Source of the DNA: Pecten maximus
Taxonomy: Eukaryota
Assembly (NCBI RefSeq): GCF_902652985.1
Contig: NC_047023.1
Location: 39,246,001-39,310,000 of the forward strand
Direction: 5' to 3'
DNA length: 64,000 nucleotides
Each line of letters starts with the position of its first letter. The stretch's first letter is position 1. Shown in pieces: positions 48,801 to 61,320 of the stretch. The notes under the pieces are model-generated. The model was not told the DNA's origin, made no database searches, and saw only the letters and a list, made by a program, of their open reading frames with translations. The translations under genes and the position numbers were made by a program.

Positions 48801-51800
48801 TAATTATGTTCAAACACCAGTAGTATATATTCAGACATAATGATTTCTTTTTATGATGAATTGACACTTATTTCCTTTTGCATGTATTTCAGTTGTCAGT
48901 GCTAAAGGGCTACAGGGCAGAAAAGCAGGTTTGTGGAAAAAAATTATCTACATTTTCTATAGAACACATCATTGTATGTCAGTAATATAAATCATACAAT
49001 TGATTTAAGTTAGTAAATTTGTATCAGTTTAGAGCTGTAGCACTAGTATGATCCGAGATATAGCCATCATGGTACCAGTAACATTGATCTACTTTCTTTT
49101 CCAATTGTCTATCATGGACAAGCATGTATCATTTACAGAATAAAATATAACATGCTAAATAATTATCTGTTAATTTTCTCTGTTGACCACAGGACGACAC
49201 AAATACTCGGTGATATTTGGTGTCGGAAGCAAGAAATACCGTACAGCAGTCGTTAAGCATCCAGAACCAGAATGGAACGAGGAATCTGTTATGTAAGTCT
49301 ACCAAGCATTGCTGACAGTTGATGTAACAAGGAGAACCGAATCCTTAATTAAGTTAAACTTGCAGGTTTGGGGTGATAGACTGAGTATAATTAGGTATAA
49401 ACCTGTGGGGTCCCAATACAATGTTATTGTAAAAGTCATTAAAGCCTCCTCCAGTATCTATTTATCTATTTTTCGCACACCTCTCATCAGATGATTGGCT
49501 GTTTGAATTACCCTTATTTCAAGGTCTGTCATTCATCCATCTATAAAATTCCTTATCATTAATTAGAAGTCCCAAAAGGTTCTCTTTCAATTTTCACATG
49601 TAGGTTCCTTCAAGTCCTAGTTGTGTATAATCCATTCCAAACTTGATCATAAAACATATCTTTATGTAAGAGACAGGCCATTTTGAATTTTGACAGTTAG
49701 CATTATTTCTCAGAAAGTATTGTAAGGATCATATACAGGTTCCCCGTTGGTCTGCACTTCTTTTCGAAGTTTCTCCCTTTAAAAATTCATCTTTGTCAAA
49801 ACATAGTGCTGATGAGCATGTGTTACCGCTAACACTTCTGACCGAAGTCGGATGTTTGGAGACACTGAAGTACATGATTTGTTCGTCGTAGTTTTGATGT
49901 ACAATACATGTATCAAATTCCAGAACTTTGGGTAGTACTATTGATTCTTTTGTACTACATTTGTATTACAAACTAGATCCAAGACTTGAGTTTAGAACAT
50001 AGATATTTAGCTACAAATTACAATTGAAGTTTATTGTGAAATCTTCTTTGCTTTTCTCTAAAAGAATTTCAAATAAAAAAAATTCGAACAGTATACTGAG
50101 TATTTAAAATAAAGGAATTGAATAGAATGAATACTTAAATGTTTACATCTTGTATTTCAGCCATGTGAACAATATCCTAGACCAAGTATTCTTTATTGTG
50201 ACGGAGAAAGAAGATATACTTGGTCAGGTGAACATCCCAGTAACCTCCCTTCAGGCATCACCAGGACGCAACATGAAGTCGACACTTCAACCTCACAAAA
50301 AGTGTTCAAATCCAACAGGAGAGTTAGTGTACCAATGCTATGTCTCCAAGCGTCGTCCCGCGGGAATGAACTATGAGTCCAAATCTCCGACTCTATCCCA
50401 TAAGTACAGGAAGGAAAGACGTGGCTCCACATTATCTACTATAAACAAGAAGTTCTCCCGCTCCATTCATGATCTTCTCAGCTTTGGCAAATCTAGTAAT
50501 AATAATGAGGAGGACAATACCCCGAAACTTAAGTCCAAACATGGGCCAAAGTTCATGAGCATCAGCTCTGGGCTGGACAGCTCGGGTAAACTGCCTGTGA
50601 TATTGAGTGTGAGTCCCAATGTCGGACTGACCAGTGGAGGTACACGAATCACCATTGTTGGGAAGAACTTGGGGTTCAGTAAGAGTGATATTGTAGATCT
50701 GACTATTTGTGAATGTGACTGTGTGGATTATATTGAATATGAGTCTTCTTCTAAGATTCACTGTAAAACAAGGTCCACTCTCCCTGGCAAGGGTGACATC
50801 ATCCTCGAAACAGAGTCAGGTGGCATTGGTACTCTAAGAAATGCATTTGCTTTTGTTGATGAACTTCCGGAAAATGGTGTGAACCCATTTGATAGCCCCA
50901 ACCCATTCGATGATGGTGATGTGGATTCTGGGGAACAAGCTAGTTTTACTATTGGGGATTCTCCAGAGATGCAAACAAAGGCAATATCTGTAAGTTGTTT
51001 GTTTGGTTGATCTGAATTTAATCGTTAATATTTGAATAATTTTATGTGAATGTTGGTCAATTTTATAACTAAAGACATTTTTGACTTTTAAAGTATCAAG
51101 TACTCCTGTAGATGGAAAAAATATATATCAAGTAATGATCAGTGGCCTTATTGGCAGATAGGAATTGCTCTAAGTACTCGTCATTTGTGTACTGATGCAA
51201 AATTACTTACACATGTACATTAATTAAAGCAACACCGTGTAATGAGACACCTTGTCTCCTGTTGTGCCCATCATGCATTGAATTTCTTAATTTTCTGGAG
51301 TTCTCCCTTGGGGATATATATTTTACTAGAATAGCCTAAAAGACAACTTGACAAGTACTAGTTGGATATCCGTGGATGTGTTTTTACCAAGTAATCATGC
51401 ATAGCTTTGAATAATTCCTTTATATAGATATTTTTTTATGGTAATATCTTTACCTGCAGGTGCCAGTGCCATCACCAAAAGGAGGAAGTGTGTCCAGCAT
51501 GTCTCCCCCCTCTAAAAAACATTTTGTGAAACACTTGAGGAGGGCAAGTGAGGGACATGTTCTACAGCAGTTAAAAGGGGGACCAGGTAAATTAATAGTA
51601 TTCGTTCATAAGTCCCTGTTTTGTTTCCATATCAGTAATGGTAACTCTAGAAAGTTTCTCTCAAAATCCCTACAATAATCAAATGTACATTGTATGTTTT
51701 TATCCTACCTCAGTTTAATTTTTGGCCAATTCTTTAAAAATTGCAGGAGTTATGGCCCTTTATTTCCAATTTACATGGTATTGCAACAGACAAATGCCCC

Positions 51801-53647
51801 CTGCCCTCATCACAATGGGTCACCATGATGAGTATGAGGGATGTACAATATAATGATTTATAAGGGCAAAGGCACAAAATGATGACATCTTTGTGTTCTT
51901 GTTTCTAAATTTCTAAAAAAGTAAATCTACCGTTCTTATTTACTGAACAGTTAGATTGAGGATCCAAGTAGGCATAGATCAAGCACTATCCTTTTATTTA
52001 TTAATTACCTCAAATGGATTAAGTTAATGAATGGAGGTATGTTATCTTGACTCTATACTCTACGGTTGGTAAATTTCACGGTGCTTATGTATCGTAGTTG
52101 TCTCGGTCAGAACTATTTGGCAAGAACTAAATCCTGCAAAAAACTTTTTTTGTAAACATTCTCCAGTAAACACTTTTATAACTTTGTATATATTAATATT
52201 CGCTAGGTATTTATGTTTGCCCTGTATTTTAAGACTAAAAAAGTTGAAATCAAATCTCCACGAATATTACCAACTACAATGTATACAGATACATGTATGT
52301 CTATTTCTATATACATGTACATCTATATGCAAAGATAAAGGACCATAATATCTCACAAAGTTTGCGGGTTTTTCGGGTCAAGGTCACAGTTACTGGGACC
52401 AGTATTGCTTTAGCAAAGCCCAGGGATATTATGTGAATATAGGAATTTCTCCAGAGCTATTTTAGTGTAGCTGATATTTAATGGAAAATCAGTATATATC
52501 ACAATACCTGTGATAACAACCAAATTTTTTTGTATAGAAATAGATGATATAAAAATAACTTTTATAATATGAACTTGTGTGAAGTAGAATCTATATCATC
52601 AGACTTGGATGATGTTTTGTTTACTGTATGTGAAGTAGAATCTATATCATCAGACTTGGATGATGTTTTGTTTACTGTATGTGAAGTAGAATCTATATCA
52701 TCAGACTTGGATGATGTTTTGTTTACTGTATGTGAAGTAGAATCTGTATCATCAGACTTGGATGATGTTTTGTTTGGTCCCGTCGACTTCGACTTATCCA
52801 AATTTTACTGTATGTGAAATAGAATCTATATCAACAGACTTGGATGATGTTTTGTTTGGTCCCGTCGACTTCGACTTATCCAAATTTACTGTATGTGAAG
52901 TAGAATCTGTATCATCAGACTTGGATGATGTTTTGTTTACTGTATGTGAAGTAGAATCTATATCATCAGACTTGGATGATGTTTTGTTTACTGTATGTGA
53001 AGTAGAATCTATATCATCAGACTTGGATGATGTTTTGTTTACTGTATGTGAAGTAGAATCTATATCATCAGACTTGGATGATGTTTTGTTTACTGTATGT
53101 GAAGTAGAATCTATATCATCAGACTTGGATGATGTTTTGTTTACTGTATGTGAAGTAGAATCTATATCATCAGACTTGGATGATGTTTTGTTTCAGTGGC
53201 AGCCACTCCGCCGGTGTCACCTACACCAAACAAGATGGAGAAGCTACAGCAACAGGTCCTGGAACTCAAGAAGGAGAATCTAGGTATATACTTAACACTA
53301 TATATAGTTGGGACATTTGTATGGAAAATCAAATTTTGGTTAAAGATCATCTTCAATATTGCAAGTGTTGCATTCACATAGTATTACGATCTCTGCAAAA
53401 TAACCAAATTTCACAAATTATCAGTTCTGCAAAAATACTGACTTTATTAAATTATTGTATCAAAACAAATTCACCGGGTACACTAATGAAGTGAAGAAAT
53501 AAAATAAAAATAAAAATGTTTTTTTTTTCAGCTTTGAAACAGGATAACAAAGACATGAAAGCTTACATTGATAAGTTGGTAGCAAAGGTCATACAGCATT
53601 GCCCAGACGCTCTCGAATCAGGCACAATGCAGAACAGATGGAGATAA
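42890..53647 (+). CDS. Class-I Rab11-family-interacting-protein-like protein: C2, Sec5/EXOC2-like IPT/TIG domain, 2 NPF motifs, FIP-RBD; 442 aa, 7 coding exons
   Basis: Exons 42890-42923, 48893-48928, 49193-49292, 50161-50989, 51460-51586, 53197-53283 and 53532-53647, all GT-AG with matching phases (1,1,2,0,1,1). C2: VTVIVVSAKGL..KYRTAVV..PEWNEE..ILGQVNIPV..GEL. RBD: DMKAYIDKLVAKVIQHCPDAL. Confidence 0.92.
45334..45474. mobile_element. 141-bp MITE with 16-bp TIRs
   Basis: AGCAGAGATGAAAATG pairs with CATTTTCATCTCTGCT. TSD not clear. Confidence 0.7.
47530..47832. mobile_element. Truncated fold-back element with a GCGAAGC hairpin centre, related in layout to 23037-23183
   Basis: TGTACTCT..ATAAACCGCGAAGCGGTTTAT..AGAGTACA. 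The right arm is replaced by the 74-bp array. Confidence 0.6.
47832..48705. repeat. 74-bp intronic tandem repeat (about 11 copies) containing the palindrome CACTGACTATAGTCAGTG
   Basis: CATGTAGGCGGTAAACC at 47832, 47906, 47980 and onward. Confidence 0.96.
52577..53196. repeat. 51-bp intronic tandem repeat (about 11 copies) whose last unit supplies the splice acceptor of coding exon 6
   Basis: Units end GATGTTTTGTTTAC; the final unit ends GATGTTTTGTTTCAG|exon. Two units carry an insert of about 30 bp. Confidence 0.96.
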
Positions 53648-56600
53648 TTGAGCACAAGAGTTTCAAGGATATTAAGATGTCATGATGATGTGATTTGTTT
53701 TTTATTGATAGCAGATATGTTTCTCCAAATGAAATATATTGCAAATACTTGTGTAAAATGCTCTAAGATGTATGATAGCTTTCAGTTATCTGTCTTAATA
53801 TGAATCCTAGCTGTTCTTTTTCACTAAAAATCTTATAGCAGTATCCGGGAAATATCTTAACATCTATGGAACACTACTGTTATTTTAAACTTCAATAAAA
53901 CTTTGTCACATGATCAAGGAAGTGTATGAACATCATACCACTGTTCTTGTATACAGTCTCTAGTTTCAGGAATGCTCTATAGAAAATATTTCAGTAATGG
54001 TCTATAGAAAATACCTCATGATTTTTCCTAAGGAATTCAATTTCTTACTTTCCATGAAAAATATCAGTTAATCTGAAGTTTAAAGGAATCCTTGTTAAAC
54101 TTGGTAAGTTATCATAGCATTTTATATGCTGAAACATTCTTTCAATTAAAATATAAACTTGATCTATGCAAATATTTGCTGCCTTTTTGATGTGCATTAT
54201 AAGTATATGGTGAATAGGGTAGATTTTTTTCGAAATTTGGTATGTAGTATTTAATTTATTAGCATATATTTAACAAATAAAAGCTTTTTTATGTCATTCT
54301 TTAATTCCACTGAATACCATTTGCTCTGAAAAACTTGAAAATGTGAAATTTACCTGTAAATAGCATTAGATGTTTTGGCATTATGAATATTGATCTGGTT
54401 GCTAAATACATGTACCAGAAAATGTTCTATTATTGATATTTTCATTAGATGAAAACACTCCTGTGATATGAATTGATTGCCTTTTTTTTATTTTGGGGAA
54501 TTTTGTGTTTTTGGTGTTGATGATCATATGAATCAGCTACAGCCTTCAGGTTTTTGTCTACAAGTATATTTTGAAAATATTTGCCTGATAATTTTTAGCT
54601 TCTCCTAAAGATGTATATTACCTAAACAGTAACATGTTGAGAGAAGAAATTCTTACTTAAAGATCTTTTAAGGTGTTTATTTCAAAATGTTTATTATGTC
54701 TATTAATGGATGGTCCAGATGAATTGTACACAAAAGTTGAAGTAATAATATGCAGGTAATTAGGAATAGATGTCTAAGTTTAAACAACACAAGGGAGATA
54801 ATCCACATACATATCATTTAGGGAAGCATATTAGCTTTAAGCATTGACAGACTGGTGGTTTCGTGTAGAGACTCTCACTAGAAATAGTAAATTAAAGGAC
54901 ATACCTCCTTAAGTGTTTGCATAATGTAGGTAGATTTTCCTGTCTCCACCATGAAATGGATAGAGTGTATACATGGATCGTAGGTCAGGAAAACAGCTTT
55001 GTTTTAGGTCCAAAATTATTCTTGGTTTTGGAAAGTTGTAAGATTTTATAGAGGCTCTTTTGGGTTCAAAAATTGTTCTTGGTTTTGGAGAATTATTAGT
55101 TTTTTTTTATCAAAGTTTGAAATTGACACATTGATCTTCATTTGTAAAAAAAAAAGAAAATGAGATACATTTTGAAATTTGTTTTTTGCATTATTTTCCC
55201 CATTAGAGTCTTACTTCTCAAAATAGTTGGGGTGTTAGTTTATGTTTCAAACTAGCATTTTCAGTATTTGGGTAGATCAGTAAGACATTGATGATAGTAG
55301 ATTGCTATTAAATTACAATGACATGTTAAAGAATTAAAAGGAGTGAGTTGTGATGATTGAATTGTCACAGTTGATGGATATAAAATATTAAGTTCTGAAA
55401 ACAGGACATTTCATAACTTCCTTCAGACAAACTAATACCTAAAACTACATTGTTTCTATCAGGTACATTTCATGTTGAGGCTGTCATCATTGAAGAAGGT
55501 ACAGCTGAAATTGTCTAGGGTGTGGTGTAAAAAAAATTGTTATTGGCATTTGAAGTTGAACTTATCTGTGATTACTGAATGATATTATTATTCATGACAA
55601 AATTAGAATGTACATAAGTAGTGATACTATTTTATTTAGACAACAGATATTTAATCAGTAAATTCAGAAAAATGGAACTGTTACTTAATACAGTTTACAT
55701 TCAAATTGTAGGAATTATTCTTTGAGTTTGAGGATACAAGTTTTCTTGTACTAGTATGTTTGTTACTTTTTCAGTCACCCAAATCAAATCTTTTTCTCCT
55801 CTTTAGATCTGACATTACATTTTATATTCAGGATGTTTTTTACTTCTTCTTAGGATATTTTCTTGTGATCAACTTTTGTTTATATTGTAGTTAAAATATT
55901 TTGAGACGTGGGGAGTTACCGGACTGTATAACGATGAGAAAGTTCACTTTGACTAATATGTTGATGATAGTATATATATTACATTATGTGACAGTTCTTA
56001 TCTTAGTCACCAGGAAAACATTTTCTTCAAACTTTTTTATTTTATTTTTTTATGAAAAGTTAGTCTGGATTAACATGATCTCACTGTATCTGTTTAATGG
56101 TATTGTAATATCAGGAAAAACAATTATGAAAAATGTTCACGCGACTTCAGCTAGAATGTTATGTATGACTGCATTTCCTTCAATATAATGTCTTTGTGAC
56201 TTACAAGTCGTGTGTTACAAAATCATATTATAAATGTTGGTTTTGGGGTGTTATTGATCCTTTCAGGGTTGTATGGTACATATAATATTCACTACTCAGT
56301 GTTCTTTAAGCAGCTGGTACATATCCTATATACCCACCGAACTATTAATCATAGTGCTTTACTTTCATTATTGTTATCATGAATGCTTATTTATTAAAAA
56401 AAAAGATAAAAAAAATACAGCTTTACAATGTCTAAGACTGTCATGCAATTGCAAAGCTTTACATATGTATCTGTTATCATAATGTTTTCGGTAAGGATCT
56501 CGCTGTAGGAATGCAAAACATGAAATATTTTCTTATAAATGAATATCACTAGTAATAGTATGATCTGAATACATACATTGTTGTCACCAATCTCATTTTT

Positions 56601-57631
56601 GGTGATTATATTTTTGTAAAATCATTTAAGTGTATTGAATCTGGATTGAATCTATTGTCTATGATAGGAAACCCTGCCTGCTATACAATTCTGAAGGTTC
56701 TGATTTATGAAAGATTGTATTATACAAGTTTAGGTATTCTTAACATTTGAATATTAAAACAGGAATCATTTACGGTATGAATATATTTTAGAAAATCATT
56801 CATATTCAAATTAGGCTAAAGGGAGATTTTTAAAAGCAAAGCAAATTATTTGCCTCAAAAATGTTCATTTTTCCTTTGAATTCCTATGCAAAAATTTAAA
56901 TGTTTTGAAATGTGATAGTTTTAATAATGTAATATTTTGGTTTGAATTTTAATGTTTTGATAATGTTGCAGATTTAACATACTGTTGCAGTGGTGTGTTC
57001 CAATTTTTAATGAAGATTTTGAATATCACTTGTTAATTGTTAATAAACATTCTTGTTGGTTTGTTGGCTGTTGGTGATATAGGGTAGCAGCATTCATGTT
57101 ACAAAAAAGTATTGATTACGTTAAGAAAATGTTGCCATATTGTGAATTTTTGTGATTTTGCACAGAATTTTGTTAGAAATCTTTGTTTTTGGAAACAATG
57201 AGAATCTACACTGTATCATATCAATACACTGAATACCATAGTGTTAATGCAGGTTATTTCTGATACTGATGACGAGTAGAGTTAGCTTATAGCAATGCCA
57301 TAAGTTCATTAATTTGACGACAGCTCTTACCTCAGTATATCTGGCGAAGTTGCAATCTCATCGTAACGAGTCAATAAGTCGACAAACTACATTGTGTAAT
57401 AGTCATGTTACTTTGTATAATTAGAGTTAGAGACAGCAATCTGTGATACATGTATTGGGTACTCTGATATTTTGTTTTGACAATTTTAATGTTGAAATAC
57501 TACCCGACACAATTTGATGATAATATTATACATGAATAGAATATATTTATTTGTACAAAGAGGCCTTTACAAAAAAATGTACATTTCAAAATTTCTTGGA
57601 CCATAGTACTATTTTTTAGTTATAGTCTTGT

Positions 57632-58358
57632 TGTTAGACCATATGCCATCATGACAAGTTAGGCCATGTCGTTATGACAAGTTATTAGCTCACCAGTTAC
57701 GAGTAACTGTGAGCTTATGCTGTACACCGGCATCGGCGTCCCTTGACACCCAACTTTAAAGTTTTTGGGGTAAGTTTTTGGAAAGCTTGGTAAGTCCAAA
57801 AGTATACACCTCACAACCTTCTAATTTGGTTTATACATTCATTAGAGGTCTTGGAGTGACGTTGTGGAAAAATCATGCAGAAAAAAAATGTGATTTTTCC
57901 GCATTTTACCATTTTGTGGAGTTAACTTTTTTGGCACCAAAACCCACTTTACAGTTTTTGGGGTATTTGGAAAGCATGTAAGGCCACACCCTTCTAATTT
58001 GGTTTATACATCCATTAGGGGTCTAGGACTATAAAGGAGTGATGTTATGTGACATACAATTTCAAAATGACATGCTTATACATACATAAACAAATGAGTG
58101 CATAGTGTGATTGCTGCTGCCGGTGAGCTTCACAATCATTGATTGCACTTGAATACCATGTCATTATGACAAGTTAGACCATGCCATTATGACATTTTAC
58201 ATGTAGAATATATGTTATTATGACAATTACGACCATATGTCATTATGACAAGTTAGATCATGTCAAATTATATACCATGTCATTATGACAAGTTGGATCA
58301 TATGTCATTATGACAATTTAGACAATACATCATAACAAGTTAGACCATGTCATTATGA
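57632..58358. repeat. Degenerate 23-25-bp minisatellite (GTTAGACCATGTCATTATGACAA) split by a HINE
   Basis: Units at 57632-57683 and 58155-58358. Confidence 0.75.
57684..58151 (+). mobile_element. HINE/Helentron-type non-autonomous element
   Basis: 5' TTAGCTCAC..GTGAGCT hairpin, 3' subterminal GGTGAGCT, terminal hairpin CAATCATTGATTG. Confidence 0.75.
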
Positions 58359-58976
58359 TTAGTCCTTGTGAGCACGTACTTCATGGTACTGTTACTAAAC
58401 AACTTTTTATCTAATATCAAGTGATGACTAACTATATAATGTTCAGTATTTTGGAGATCTTAAGTGTCCTTATATTTTCCCAACACATGCAGATGCTGAC
58501 CAATGTCCTCAGATTTTGACTACTAGTCATTCACTGTTCCACCACAATCACCTTACAGAGAAAATCACTTGCCTGTATTTCTCCACCAAGACTGAAGAGT
58601 TATACTAGGTACTTGTTGAAGGGAGGTAACTTTTCTCCATAATTCTTTTTTTTTGTCTTTGAGAAATAGCTGGTGTATTTGATAGGCTTGCTCCTCTACA
58701 AGTTGTCAGCATAGTAAACATTTTAGCTACTTGATACTGATGTTTCTAGAGGGGATTTATCTTCAAGATCAAAGTTTCTGCATGCATCCTTGGACTTTGT
58801 GATGACTAAATTGAAGGCATTCAAAGCGTTTTGTTCTGAGACATAATAAACTAACCATGAAAATGCATAGATGATACTGTGGATTTGAAGATACAAGATC
58901 CAATATAAAAAATCCAGTGAATCTTTTATGTACCTTCATGTTGCTACATGTAAAGAAACCACTGGTTTACATGCTT

Positions 58977-59204
58977 GGGGCCGCGGTGGCCGAGTGGTTA
59001 AGGTGTCCCGACACTTTAACACTAGCCCTCCACCTCTGGGTTGCGAGTTTGAAACCTATGTGGGGCAGTTGCCAGGTACGGACCATAGGCCGGTGGTTTT
59101 TCTCCGGGTACTCCGGCTTTCCTCCACCTCCAAAACCTGGCACGTCCTTAAATGACCCTGGCTGTTAATAGGACGTTAAACAAAAACAAACCAAACAAAC
59201 CAAA
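58977..59204 (+). mobile_element. Full-length tRNA-derived SINE, same family as 21913-22137
   Basis: Colinear with the copy at 21913, CAAA tail, imperfect TSD ACATGCTT/ACATACTT. Confidence 0.93.
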
Positions 59205-59543
59205 CATACTTCCGTAAGTCTCCAGACTATTCTTACTCAACGTAGAAAATACAGAGCCTTCAGCTTTCTCATGACATATTGAAAGAGTGCATGGGAGATA
59301 GTTTTAACGAGGACAGAACCTTTGGTATTGAAAATAGATAGGATTTCAAGAATAACTTTTTAAACAAGTTCAAGTCTCCTAGGGAAGAAACCAACTGCTG
59401 TATACTACCATATGACATGTTCTCTCTAAAGCCATGAATACAAGTGCCTCTACATATATATTACAACGCTTGGGAACCTTTTCATATTTAACTTCACTAT
59501 GACTGCAAATTTTGAATTGGTTCTTTAAAAATGAAAAGGGTCA

Positions 59544-61320
59544 TTTTTAGCCCACCATCATCAGATGGTGGGCTATTCAAATCGCCCTGCGTCCGTGGTC
59601 CGTGGTCCGTCCCTCCGTCCGTCCGTCCGTCCCTCCGTCCGTCCGTCCGTAAACAATTCTTGTTATCGCTATTTCTCAGAAAGTACAGAAGGGATCTTTC
59701 TCAAATTTCATATATAGGTTCCCCTTGGTGCCTAGTTATGCATATTGCATTTTGAGACCTATTGGAAAACAACATGGCCGACAGGCAGCCATCTTGGATT
59801 TTGACAATTGAAGTTTGTTATCGCTATTTCTCAGAAAGTACTGAAGGGATCTTTCTCCAATTTCATACATAGGTTCCCCTTGGTGCCTAGTTGTGCATAT
59901 TGCATTTTGAGACCAATCGAAAAACAACATGGCCGACAGGCAGCCATCTTGGATTTTGACAATTGAAGTTTGTTATCGCTATTTCTCTGAAAGTACTGAA
60001 GGGATCTTTCTCCAATTTCATACATAGGTTCCCCTTGATGCCTAGTTATGCATATTGCATTTTTAGACCTATCGGAAAACAACATGGCCGACAGGCAGCC
60101 ATCTTGGATTTTGACAATTGAAGTTTGTTATCACTATTTCTTAGAAAGCAATGAAGGGATCTTTCTTAAATTTCATATGTAGGTTCCTCTTGGTGCCTAG
60201 TTATGCATATTGCATTTTGACACCAATCGGAAAACAACATGGCCGACAGGCAGCCATCTTGGATTTTGACAATTGAAGTTAATTGTTATCACTATTTCTC
60301 AGAAAGTACTGAAGGGATCTTTCTCAAATTTTATATGTAGGTTCCCCTTGGTGCCTTGTTATGCATATTGCATTTTGAGATCAATCGGAAAACAACATGG
60401 CTGACAGGCAGCCATCTTGGATTTTGACAATTGAAGTTTGTTATTGCTATTTCTCAGAAAGCACTGAAGGGATCTTTCTCAAATTTCATATGTAGGTTCC
60501 TCCTAGTGCCTAGTTATGCATATTGCATTTTGACACCAATCGGAATACAACATGGCCGACAGGCAGCCATCTTGGATTTTGACAATTGAAGTTTGTTATC
60601 GCTATTTGTCAGAAGGTACTGAAGGGATCTTTCTCAAATTTCATATTTAGGTTCCCCTTGGTGCCTAGTTATGCATATTGCAGGCAGCCATCTTGGATTT
60701 TGACAATTGAAGTTTGTTATCGCTATTTCTCAGAAAGTACTGAAGGGATCTTTCTCCAATTTCATACATAGGTTCCCCTTGGTGCCTAGTTGTGCATATT
60801 GCATTTTGAGACCAATCGAAAAACAACATGGCCGACAGGCAGCCATCTTGGATTTTGACAATTGAAGTTTGTTATCGCTATTTCTCAGAAAGTACTGAAG
60901 GGATCTTTCTCCAATTTCATATGTAGGTTCCCCTCGGTGCCTAGTTATGCATATTGCATTTTGAGACCAATCGGAAAACAACATGGCCGACAGGCAGCCA
61001 TCTTGGATTTTGACAATTGAAGTTTGTTATCACTATTTGTCAGAAGGTACTGAAGGGATCTTTCTCAAATTTCATGGTCCCTGGTGTTGCATTTTGGGAC
61101 CAATCCAAAAACAACATGGCCGACAGACAGCCATTATCGCTAAATCTTAAATTTTATATATAGGTTCCCCTTGTTTGAAAAGTACTAGAGGGCTGTTTCT
61201 GAATTTACACAGATTAGTAAGACTTAGAGGAAGGGAAAAGTAGAGAAAAGATCAATCTGACATGGAACCTATAAAGATCATTCAATGGTGGGCGCCAAGA
61301 TCCCTCTGGGATCTCTTGTT
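59544..61320 (+). mobile_element. Complete HINE/Helentron-type (DINE-1/Pearl-like) element carrying about 9 tandem 155-bp core repeats
   Basis: 5' AGCCCACCATC..GATGGTGGGCT, (GTCC)n, repeats at 59771, 59926, 60081 and onward, 3' ATGGTGGGC, terminal hairpin AGATCCC-TCT-GGGATCT, T-rich flanks. Confidence 0.9.

Noticed and set aside
50150-51010. Calling the gene EXOC2/Sec5 or a plexin
   Set aside because: Only the IPT domain is similar. There is no Sec5 helical body, Sema domain or TM segment, and the flanking exons encode C2 and FIP-RBD.
52562-53283. VCEVESISSDLDDVLF repeat ORFs
   Set aside because: Intronic 51-bp array. The real exon starts at 53197 in another frame.
59736-60984. Repeated 64-84 aa ORFs
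   Set aside because: Translations of the 155-bp HINE core repeats.
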